Below, piece by piece: positions 28,419-39,395 of a DNA stretch of 64,000 nucleotides. This stretch comes from Mizuhopecten yessoensis (lineage: Eukaryota), in the NCBI RefSeq assembly GCF_002113885.1, contig NW_018408902.1:2701490-2765489 (forward strand), read 5' to 3'. The notes under the pieces are model-generated. The model was given only the letters and a program-made list of their open reading frames with translations. It was not told the DNA's origin and ran no database searches. The first letter of the stretch is position 1, and each line of letters starts with the position of its first letter. A program made the position numbers and the translations under genes.

Positions 28419-28998
28419 TGTGTGATGCGTACGAAGAAGTTAAGGCAATTTATTATATAAAACTGAATCGTACGTTACGGTTTCAGGAAAAAAAGGTAAG
28501 CTTGTGTATCAATTTGATCACAAGGAGGATTAAATAGTTTATTGATTAAATTACTTATACATCTTATTTTAACACCGGTTTTAATATAAAAACACCTGCT
28601 TATTCACTTTGATTCTAATTGGGAACTAATACGCATGTGCAAATATATTAAGTGTATGTATTTTTCTATAATAAACACTTAGGTAAACACTTAAAGTAGA
28701 GACTATCATTATTTTTCAAAGTAACTGAGCTGTTTTTAAGACAAGACATTTGTAGATGATAGGATTCATGATTATTTATGTGTTAACATGTAAAAAATAT
28801 AACTTTTGAAAAATGTTCAATCTAACTTTTAAAACTTTTAGATGAAAACCTGACATGGCATTATAAAGCAAATTTTAGTCTATGAAATTAAACTTACTTG
28901 ATTGGTCCATGTCTTTGAATAATCTTAATTTGATACAACAGGTTATGCTGTATCCTTGTCCGTATCTCCTAAAATCAAACTTACACAGCCTCTTAAAT

Positions 28999-29722
28999 CC
29001 CTTAACGGGAAACACTCTAAGACGGCAATTCACTTTACCGGAACTAGTTGGAGGGTGAAGGTCAGCAAGTGTCATCCTGTCGTTGTCGCATAGACGTGTC
29101 ACTTTCCCTTTGATCTAGCTATGGTATAATCTACTTAGTTTACACAGTTTTACTAATACCATATGGTATTAGTGAGGCTCCTCCAATATACTGAATACAA
29201 TATAGTTCTCTATTCTCATTGGTCAGCCAATGAAAGTTTAAAGAGGCCAATTAGTGAATGTTAATAGGATATCGACACCGTGAAAAATAACTAAAAATAC
29301 ACACACTGGAAGTTTAAACACATTTTATTCAGCATTGTTTTCTAGCATCCGCGGTCTAGAAACCCCTTAACGGGAAACACTCTAAGACGGCAATTCACTT
29401 TACCGGAACTAGTTGGAGGGTGAAGGTCAGCAAGTGTCATCCTGTCGTTGTCGCATAGACGTGTCACTTTCCCTTTGATCTAGCTATGGTATAATCTACT
29501 TAGTTTACACAGTTTTACTAATACCATATGGTATTAGTGAGGCTCCTCCAATATACTGAATACAATATAGTTCTCTATTCTCATTGGTCAGCCAATGAAA
29601 GTTTAAAGTGGCCTATTAGTGAATGTTAATAGGATATCGACACCGTGAAAAATAACTAAAAATACACACACTGGAAGTTCAAACACATTTATTCAGCATT
29701 GTTTTCTAGCATCCGCGGTCTA
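28999..29722. repeat. 365-bp direct tandem duplication
   Basis: 28999-29358 is repeated at 29364-29722 with a handful of differences. Confidence 0.92.
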
Positions 29723-29779
29723 CCTTTTTCCGTTTTGTAACTTACAACTTTAAGCATGGACTAGTCCGTCTTGTTAGGC

Positions 29780-30165
29780 AAATGGCAAATGGCCATTGTG
29801 AAACACATTTCTGGCCATATTAGAAATATCAGCAAATCGAACCTTGTTCTTTTCTTTAGGCATGTTGAATTAATATAACCATTTTGACATTTAGCGCCCT
29901 CAATGTATACCATTTTCTCCTTCCAACAGGATCCGGGAAACGGCTTTTAACGGGTATTTACTCCTCCTTTGGCTCATCTTTAATCGCCGAGAGAGAAAAA
30001 AAACAATCACATTCCGAAATCGGCAGGAGTTAGGTCTTCTTACACTGTTTCAGTAAGGTTTTCTGGGTCACTTTCGATGCGAGTCATTAACTGAGACATA
30101 TGAATATCGTCCAGGTCGTCAAAGTCATCGTGTGCCAAACTTGGCCTTGAGTTTGAGATGAAGTC
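29780..30165 (-). pseudogene. Decayed coding relic, possibly Crypton/DUF3504-related N-terminus
   Basis: After an AG acceptor at ~30165: acidic DDFDDLDDIHMSQL.., then KSRFPDPV and a frameshifted (W)ARNVF(S)QW-like motif; several stops. Confidence 0.3.
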
Positions 30166-30621
30166 TGGTGAACAAAATAAAATAAATAAAAATGAGAACA
30201 TTAAATGTCAGTCTGACTTTTTGTGACCTAGCCAGTTTACAGATTGGTTAGATGACTACTTGAGTGACACGGTTGACCAACCGAAGTGATTTCTTTCGAG
30301 ATTATTTTCCCAGTCTATTACGCTACGGAGTGTCTGGAGGATATATTCTGGTAATGTTTTAACATCACAGTGTCAGCATGACAATGGTATCTTTGCTGAG
30401 ATTTAACGCTTGTGAATGTGACGTCTACCTATACACCACCATGGACAGCTTTACATTGATAATATCGGAGTGTGCAGTTTAAGGTGAAATAATCAAGAGT
30501 CAACACTGTACTATAGAAAACGAATAGTTAAAACACTTACAAAAATAATAAGGTAAGACAAAATTGAATCTTTGAAATGTTTTAATACAGTGTTGGTCAT
30601 ACAAGTCCTGTATTCGTTTCC

Positions 30622-32621
30622 TTATGAAGTAATCCACCCTAAAGTCGATCTGAACCATTCATATTGATGCTGAGACACCGCCTTTGTTATTAACTGTTGT
30701 TTGTTTTCAGTAGTCTCCCACGTGTCGGGGAGTCTCGTTGCTCGCCTCACAATTCTATTACTAAGAACTTGACGTGCGGCAGACTCATTGGTTTCCGCTA
30801 CAGATTCTTTTCTCCGTGTGTATGCCGAATCACGTGACCGCTCCTTCTGCCTCATTCGTTCTAAATGTTCTGAAACCGGACGATCTATCTTGCCTGTTCG
30901 CTGTTTGGTGACCCTCATAAATTCTTCCTGATCAGGTTTCTTCGTGGTGAACCATTCGATATCGTCCATCTCGACATCACTCGTTTGGATTCTCTGAACT
31001 GAAACAGGTGGCGTCGAGATGTTGGAGAAGGCCGTAGACACGAGTCGTAATGGCCGTGATTCCACCGATGTGTCGGTAACCGCCTCTTCGTCTGCTTGTA
31101 CGTCCGTCGGGCAAGTGTCGTACCAAACGGGTTCGACAAATACTGTAGGATCAATGTGATAGTCCGGAGGTCTCTTACTTGGCCGGAGAGTGTAATAGCA
31201 CTCCGTCAGACACCTGCCCAACAGTGGCACGGGGCATCCTTCAGTACCATCTAGACTATCCACTTCTCTGGGACCCTACAAGTATACGTTGTGATTAGTT
31301 ACATACCCAAACAGCATCAATTTATGTGCATTAGATAAGCGAGGTACTGTTTAGTAATAGTGATGGGCAGCTCATGTTAGACAAAGGGGGAACAACATTG
31401 GCGGTTATAAAAAAATCCGTATTAGCGTGGAGGCATGAATACAAATGTAAGTCGATACCGGTAGTTGTTCTTCCATGCTTAACGTTCAGCATTTAGGGGC
31501 ATCGCAACAACTGATTCGTCAGTAAAATGTGATCGGGCGGAATACTACTGTGTTTGGTACCTTTGGCATGGCATTTCAGTGAGCTAGTACTATAAAGTCG
31601 ACATCAGATCCGCTATAACATACCCGGTCTCTGGCACGCATACACACATGCACGCTTACACAACGCACATGGAGGCGTGTCATTAAAAGACCTTAGCTAT
31701 TAGCAGGACGTTAAACAAATTAATGGTAAAAAAAGCAAAACACATCGGTCAAGGTCACTGTCGAGGGTCAACAACTATTTGTGAACCAATGCCCCGCGTG
31801 TAATAAGGGAGCTCGTTGATGATGTAGTTCATAAGATACAATGTTTGTTGTGATACACGTGCGGTATTTCAGTATCTTGAACGTGTAAATCTTATATATA
31901 TATTCACTTATACCGGAATGAGTTTCTTCAGTTTGGTATGAATTAAGAATGAACACAAAAAAAAGTAATTGAAAACTTATTTTGCGAGCTTTCGAGTGTG
32001 CACTATTTGCTTGGCAAAGGAAACAGATGTGACTCTTTGCTTGACAAAGGAAATAGACGTTTAAAAAAGCTCGCAAAATAAGTTTTCAATTCTTGTTTGG
32101 ATTGAAAACAAACTAAGCATTTATTTTCATTTTTCCCTTTGTCACTCTTGTCAAATTGTGGTGTGAAATATACTCAAAGGATGCCATGTTTTGAACTAAC
32201 TTACAACGTGCAGTGAACATTACAAAATAGCTACAAATGTTAATGCCGTTAAATTTATTTTGAAGACAAACATACCATTGTGATTGGGTCTACCACTATG
32301 TAGCGTCGGTGACTCATCACGTAGAGGCTAGGTAGTAATATCGGACACCCAATAGAAATCTGAAATAAAGGCAATATGTTTTAGGGTTTCTATTCGTTGG
32401 AAAACAAACACTGTCTGACGATAGATTTTGACTTGTTCCACCATAAAGAAACATATATTACGTGACAAGCCGGATGACAGTCGAATATAATTAATAGTTT
32501 AATAGTTGTCTGTCAAATTCTGACTGATTAACAGCAACGCGCAACAGTCAATAAGACTTACCAGTTGCTTGACAGTCTCTGACTGGATAAAAGCGTCGTA
32601 CAATAGCCAATTAAATTTCGT
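30622..32621 (-). CDS. Uncharacterised multi-exon protein gene (5' exons not resolved)
   Basis: Exons 32562-32621 (TKFNWLLYDAFIQSETVKQL), 32276-32359 (ISIGCPILLPSLYVMSHRRYIVVDPITM), 30622-31275 (GPREVDSLDGTEGCPVP..EWFRSTLGWITS*); all phase 0, canonical GT-AG, higher GC than flanks. Confidence 0.55.
31430..31720 (+). mobile_element. SINE (Meta-domain type), 5'-degenerate
   Basis: tgcttaacgttcagcatttagggg..ttcagtgagctagtactataaa core and gaccttagctattagcaggacgttaaac tail. Confidence 0.6.
31967..32091. mobile_element. 125-bp foldback/MITE with 26-bp perfect TIRs
   Basis: aattgaaaacttattttgcgagcttt...aaagctcgcaaaataagttttcaatt; internal direct repeat tttgcttgRcaaaggaaa. Confidence 0.7.
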
Positions 32622-33349
32622 CTGATAAAATTTCAAAAGTTAAACAGATTCTGTAGACGACATCAACATGCTACTGTTTGAAGAAATTGGTGATACGGTA
32701 ATGTCATATAGCATTTATTTTTCATATATCAAGTAACAAAACAGTTCTTCTCTTCCTTATCAGTCAACAGTCCAAACTATTTCCCCTCGATACTGAAACC
32801 AACAAGTTATTGGTTGGCAAACAACCCAATGAATTTTTGCAGGCCCCGGGAAACAGTTCATCAGGTTGGTCCGAAAACGGAAGGGAAATAGTTTTGACTA
32901 GCGAATGCTTAGGAAAGAAACAGCTGCATATTATATAGAAAAGTGTCAGGTTACATCCATGTACATTACCCGATACACCGTTCATACACTAGGGGTGGTA
33001 GATTAATACAATATAACTCAATTACTGATATGCATGGGGTACATGATACTATAAAGAAGGACTGGTGCATAAATCGCAAAATGAAGATGAGACATGCTAT
33101 TTACACCATGATATAGTATATGGAACACAAATTATTATATTAATCACAATATATCACTCCGTATTCTTTTATTTTGCTACTGATATAGTGACTGAAGTAA
33201 TCAAGGACATTAAATGAAGATCATAAGTATGCTTTAATATCTTCAAATGCACAAGAACTGCTCCAGGTGAACTATTTTAGTATTGTAAACATAGATATAA
33301 ACTATTTACTATTTAACCATTATAAAAAGGTTATCTCAACTTATACTTA

Positions 33350-33490
33350 TAGTAATCCTCCTTGTTGGTCCGGATGTTAGCGCGCAAGGAGTCTTGATGT
33401 GGGAGGAAACCAGAGTACCCGAATGAAACTAGCATGTTCGGGCAGGTGACTCCATACCTGTTCACGTCCGATCGGGGAATCTAATCCCGC
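33350..33490 (-). mobile_element. tRNA-derived SINE fragment (V-domain-like)
   Basis: gggaggaaaccagagtacccg (reverse of gggtactccggtttcctccc) and a B-box-like ggggaatctaatccc. Confidence 0.55.
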
Positions 33491-34973
33491 TGTTGTTTTG
33501 ACTAAGATTCATTCATGAGATGACACAGACACAGGGTCTCCGAAGAGGCTCAAGCATATTGTTAACAGATGAAGTATGTCTAACAGTTTAAAATAAGATA
33601 ATGATCAGTTTATTAAAAGCTATCACTAATCCTCTCTACAACAACAAGAATGACAACTGTTGGAAATCTGTATCCTTGTAGTATCGTATGTCTCCCTCTC
33701 TTCTCTATGACTTTCAATGTCATCCACTTCAGTCCATTTTTACTTCCTGTTTACTGAAGTAGCTGTCCTGCATTGATATACTGCTAAAAGGCCTATTGAG
33801 GTTTATCTTAATACCTCTTTTACACGAATCTCACTTAGTTTACTCACCAGTTTTATCCAACCCTTTGTGTAGAGAAATCACGAAAAATAATGATGTTAAA
33901 ATGACGTCACCATCTTGAACTTCTGACGTCTTGGCAAGAAATGGAATTATGGGTATTTTATTTTAGCTCGTTACCGACTGCAGTCGCTCCGATCGAGCCA
34001 TGGGCACCATGGTGTTATTGCTGCTTTCATTCACCGTTTTACTATTTTCAAGAAATTGAATTTTTCTGGATATATATAGAATCCGTGATTTTTTTAAAGA
34101 AAGTAGGGAATGGTGTGGGTTAGGGGCCCGGGCAGCCCTCCAAAAAGGAAAGGTTGAACTTAATTAATACTTTGGAAGGTCTCTAGTGCCACATGGGCTG
34201 TTTTTGAGTGCATATAAGGCCCAAATTTTTTTTTATTATATTTAATCAAATGTATGTATTTGTATATATTTTGTTAATATTTAGTCTCTTGGCGAGGCAA
34301 TCTTGTCCTATTTCTGGCAACATAGGTTATAATATTGTCCTAAAAATTGACCACTTTAAAAATACATCACTTTAATGTTTTAAATCAAAGAGAGAAATTT
34401 AGCAGCTAAAGTGTGGTTCATTGCATTGTGTATTGGATTAATAGTGTGTGGGTTTTTTTTTTACATATGTATGACATTTTCTATCTTATCAAATAGATAC
34501 ATGACCTCTAGAATAAATTTTACTTGAATTAGGAAATATTTCTCTTAAACAATTATACAAGTGAGGGTGATAGATATTGGGTTTCTTTACCTTAATTAAA
34601 GACCAAGCGAAACGAATAAAAAAATGTTCTGTGGGTTTCAGCTGAATGCTGACGTTAGTCAACTTTTCGTTTTTATGGGGCNCCCCCCCCCCCCAAGAAA
34701 AGACAATAAAAGAAAAATCATTTTTATATCAAGAATTCGAATTCTTGATTTCGAAAAAAATGTCACCCAGTTCAGTCTTTAATCCGATTTATAATATAAA
34801 AAAAAATCTAGTCACAAATACAAATATTTGAACTGGAAATATATATTTATTCTACATAATTAAGAAACAAAATGAAGACACAAACTTCGCCCAGAGACGT
34901 ATAGATAAGTCTTCGCTTCGCGTTACGCCCATTGGTAACTCAAGAGAAACAAAAACTGGTTACATTAATCATA

Positions 34974-35194
34974 TAGGGACCCGCTAATTTGTTACAGTTG
35001 GTATGTTTTGAGATGTGCAAGTATAGCTTCATTGGGGATGTCATTTTACCGAGAATTGATTTCAACCCATAACATGTCTAATTAGATCTCATTGGGGATA
35101 TCATTTCAATCAGGTGTTGATTTAAACAAATATAACTTTCTGCACATCAGTAGTGGTCCAATCATACCAACTGTAACAAATTATCAGGTCCCTG
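34974..35194. mobile_element. MITE with ~32-bp imperfect TIRs
   Basis: tagggacccgctaatttgttacagttggtatg / cataccaactgtaacaaattatcaggtccctg; no clear TSD. Confidence 0.65.
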
Positions 35195-35733
35195 TGATAT
35201 AACGAGAGTTATTTGCAGTGCTGTCTTTGAAAACACTAGAAACATCCGCATGGCAAGACATGCGCGTGTGTACACAATGCACGTGATAAGAACAATCCCG
35301 CCATATTTTAAGTTTGGCAAGCGACAAAATGAATTTAACCGTTTACAATGACAGCAAACTTTATTGGAATAGCTGATAGTATATGCAATAAGGTGGGTAT
35401 TCTAGCATTATCGACTAAACCAACAATAGAATAATACAGGCGAGATACATGAGCCCCCACCCCCGCAAAAAACACCAACCAAGTACTGTTGCCCAATCCT
35501 GCAGCAATATATGCAAGTTATCTTACCAACCCCTATTTCAGAAGTCAGAGTTGGACTAAAATATCAATATGAACTTCTGTTGAACTACAGTACCGCTGAT
35601 AAAATATTTACCACTATCTTTTCCAAAGGTCTTACGTAGGCCAGGAATACCAGGCCCAACCAAGCTTTAAAGAAGAATGTGATTTGTTTCGCCGAATTCG
35701 AAGTGTTCAGCATTAGGTGGGAAGGGGTGAAAG

Positions 35734-35920
35734 CATAGGAGCCTGAAGTTCTGTCAATAATGAATAATAATAGTAATACAAAAAAAAAATACTGTCAATA
35801 ATGAATAATGATAGTAATACAAAAAAAATACCCCTAATATGCTTAAAAAATAAGCATATTAGGGGTATTTTTTTGTATTTCTATTATTATTCATTATTGA
35901 CAGAACTTCAGGCTCCTATG
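35734..35920. mobile_element. Palindromic non-autonomous DNA transposon with 7-bp TSD
   Basis: CATAGG..CCTATG termini; the whole element folds back; gtgaaag duplicated at 35727-35733 and 35921-35927. Confidence 0.85.
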
Positions 35921-36649
35921 GTGAAAGCAAAGAGGATGTGTTATTGCACAGGAATTTGACGTTATATCAATAAAATATAGCTGTATAGAGGAAAAAATAT
36001 CTCTAATGCTATAAAAAAAAAACACCAATAAAAGTAGGGAGGGGGCTGGGGTCATCTCGACTTACAGACTTTTTGAAATTTCCGTGGGGGATCCCGATTA
36101 TGCATGCTCAAAATTAAAACATCAATAAAATGTGTGTATTATCCCCAAGAGACAAAAAAAATCCTTTAAAATAACATATTTGAATTGTTCTTTCAGATAA
36201 AGTAATTATATCTTTGAACATATGATTAGTTTAGTAAATTCACTGGTTGGAAATGCTAAGTTTAAAGGTCCAACTCCCTCTTAAATAGGGAGAGTTGGCA
36301 AGTATGTCATTTAGACTGCTATATATTCTTAAAATGATGTCAAACTCCTGTGGTTGTTGAAAAATAAGTTTTGATACAAATTCCAAGACTTGTCTGCTTA
36401 AAGGACTTTCTNCCATTGTCCAACTTGATTGAATGAGATTTGTTTTCAAAAATGACGTTTGAACAAAAGTTTGTGAAGAACATGACCTTGATCCATGTTC
36501 CAAGCCACTGAGGTCAACATTTCTTCAACACTCAAATAGCTTCTTTGAAGTGTTATCAAGGTACCATATTTGGCTGCAAATAAATCCCCAACCCTTGTGA
36601 AAAAAGATTGACCAAAAGTAGGGAGGGGGCTTAATTGTGGGTATTAAGT

Positions 36650-37250
36650 TAAGTTCAGTTAACTTTACTACCAGTAAAGGATCATTTAAGATCCTCTACA
36701 CGGGACTCAAATATACAATAATAACAATACATTAAATAAATCAATTGTGAGAACAGTTCTAATTTCTATAGAATTTCAGACTTATAGTTATATATAAGGT
36801 CGTGATCTTCCCAATGCTTATCTAATCTGTTTTTGAAAGAATTTACTGTTGGTGCAGAGATTACTTGTTCTAGGAGATTGTTCCATATTTTGACTACGCG
36901 TAGAACCAAACAGTTTTTCCTGATATCTAGTTTACAATAATATAGAAACAGCTTTTTCGAACGTCTTCTTGTCCCCTGTCTTTGGACTTTGTCGTTCTGG
37001 CGTTGAAGAATATCCGCTGCCTTGTTATCACAGATATTGCTCGTTATTTTAAATACTTCGATCATATCCCCCCTGATCCTTCTAAAGGCCAGTGTTGGTA
37101 ATATAAATCTATCTGAATAGGACATTTCCTTAAATCCAGGTAACTGCTTAGTTGCCCTCCGTTGTACAGCCTCAATCATATCAATATGTTTAATTAAATT
37201 TGGGTGCCATAAAGTATTTGCATACTCAAGATGGACTCTAACTAGGGTAT
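36650..37250 (-). mobile_element. 5'-truncated CR1-clade LINE (RT C-terminus plus 3' UTR)
   Basis: ORF 36766-37323: LVRVHLEYA..W.P..IEAVQRRATK..RRIRGDMIEVFKI..RVVKIWNNL..VISAPTVNSFKNRLDKHW. Confidence 0.92.
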
Positions 37251-39395
37251 TCCCCTTGTTCACAAATGTCCTCAGTCTCCGATATACATCGTGTACCAGT
37301 TTTGATGTATGAACAAAATACATAGCATGTACTTACAATTGTTCATGTTAAGAAAATGATAACCAACTGGCATTAAATTTAATAATGGCCACCACGACTT
37401 GATTGGTTTGTTTGTGCTGATGTTTTTCTGAACCTTGTTTCTATGATCAATTTGTTCCGATAATTAATTTCATTAAACACTATTTTGTATAATTTATTAT
37501 ATTTGATAAGCATGCATGGTGACCTAGATAATCTTATCATTTAAATAAACATTAAACACTGATGACATGCTTCATGCCAGATGTTTATTTCAATCAATCA
37601 AATCCACCAATCTATTAACATTGCTTGTCAAGTCACTATTCAAAAACACTATTTCAAGTTACCTTCACGGTAAGTTCAGCGGGACATTCTGACCACAAAC
37701 TTGACAGATTTTAAGTAGATCTAGAGGTCAAAAAGTTTTTTTTGTTTGTTTGTCTGCTAGCAAACCTTTAAATACATACAAAATGAAAGTGGGTATCTCT
37801 CATTCGATAAATGAAACCAGCCCCGTGACTCAATTTGCATCTGATAATCCATGGTTATTAACCAATAAAAAGTATTATTTCTCATCGATTTTACAGGGTG
37901 TCTAATTGGTTTAAACACATCACATGACAGGATTATAAAACATTGAGTCTCCCTCACGTGATCCATTTTCCCTGACGATTATTCCTCTTGGAACCCCTCA
38001 AACATTATCGGACGAGTTGTCTCTCTTTGTTAAACTCTATAATGCCCTTGTGTTCCGGACGACACGACAAACAAGTACCAACAATGGCTGCGAACGGGAG
38101 ATGAAGTGCTATTATTTTTGTTTAATTTGATGTAAAATCAAAACACTGACAGTGATAGGTATTTGTAGTATATATATGCTACCAGGCCTAATGAAATAAG
38201 AGCGAACAGGTCAGTCACACCAGTGACAACACAAGAGCTCGTTACATTGCCTAATGTTGATGTATTAAGATGATAGTTGATGATACCTGAAGATTTGTTC
38301 CCCCTCAATAAATCATGTTTCCCTTGGGCTTCGTCCTCGGGGAAATATGATTTGTCTTGGGAAAACAACTCTTCAGGTCTCCCTCACACCAGGGCAATAA
38401 GTGTATATTGGAACATCGCAGATGTGGAAGCATTGCACCTAGATTGATCATCTTCCAGCTTTGTGCTGGAAAGAATTTATGTACATAGTAGGGCTCAATC
38501 ATGAAAGCAGTGGACTAAGCAGCTGGTTAAATCCTCTCTTCTCTGTTACAAATGGTGTCCATGGCCCCCTGACATAACAGTAATGTTAGAACCTGGGTTG
38601 TTGTGATGTTCGAGGGTAAACACATTTAAAAATTGGGATAGTTGTGTGGCACGTTTTAATTATACATAAGATTACACCCTTTAGCTTTGGGTGGAGGGAA
38701 CTTCCTTTTAGCTCTATCAGTAGAGCAACAGACTGGGAAGCTGTGGGTTTCCTGGTTTGATTCATAATCACTTTATTCTCTTTCCTCTGTTCCACTTCCA
38801 TGGAGAGCTATTAATTTTGGATTTTGTGTAAAGAAATGACCTTGACCTAAGTTCAAAGGCCAAGCGGTTTGATATGTTAAATTACTCAATTTACATCTGA
38901 AGAACTAAAAACATCTAGAATTATGTTATTTTGCCAGTAGCTTGTTGGCAATAGATCAAGTGCTATCATTTTTGAAAAAGAAGGCCAATTAAACAGGCGA
39001 ACATCTACTGGGGTCTCTTAATTGCTACCCTTCTATCGTTTCAATGTCTTAATCACAAGCATATATCTAAAAATGATGATCTACAACATTTATCATCTTG
39101 TCGAGTCTATCAGACTATTTATATATAGTAAGAGTAGTTTTCAGGAAAGGACTATTAACAACATAGTTTATGAGTCCTTGTAAATTTGTAATACAATTAT
39201 AATGTGTGCTGTCCAATATTTTATGTACATACATAATATGAATATTGGGATATGGTTTGCGCACAGTACTTTGCCTTGTTGAATTATATTAAAATCCCCA
39301 AGGAAAATTAAAGCTAATGTTATCAGAAAGTAAAAGACCAGGCAGATTCAGTGTTTTCCAACGTTCTGTATAATTATTTATTGTGTTATTGTAGG

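Larger units (their letters stand above)
21803..28910 (-). pseudogene. PRRT1-like CD225 gene copy B2, with lesions (pseudogene or truncated variant)
   Basis: Exons 28898-28910, 25314-~25379 (acceptor AG>AA), 25073-25129, ~24905-24936 (donor deleted, in-frame TGA), 24312-24359, 23953-24020, 22392-22496 (TQPPPKSYMVISVWLGCLCCLCIPLGIGAIIASTN), 21803-21901 (1-bp deletion giving ..LNIIYFMLGL*). Confidence 0.72.
18947..29088. repeat. Segmental duplication, copy 2
   Basis: Co-linear with 1-11638; copy-specific indels at ~23130-23705, ~26146-27090 and 28327-28418. Confidence 0.95.

Noticed and set aside
36025-36632. Direct repeat aaaagtagggagggggct flanking ~570 bp as a possible TSD
   Set aside because: No recognisable element ends, tail or coding motif between the repeats.
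39351-39395. GTG start of the 1552-aa ORF
   Set aside because: Intronic pyrimidine tract ending in AG at 39393-39394; the first ATG is 39396.
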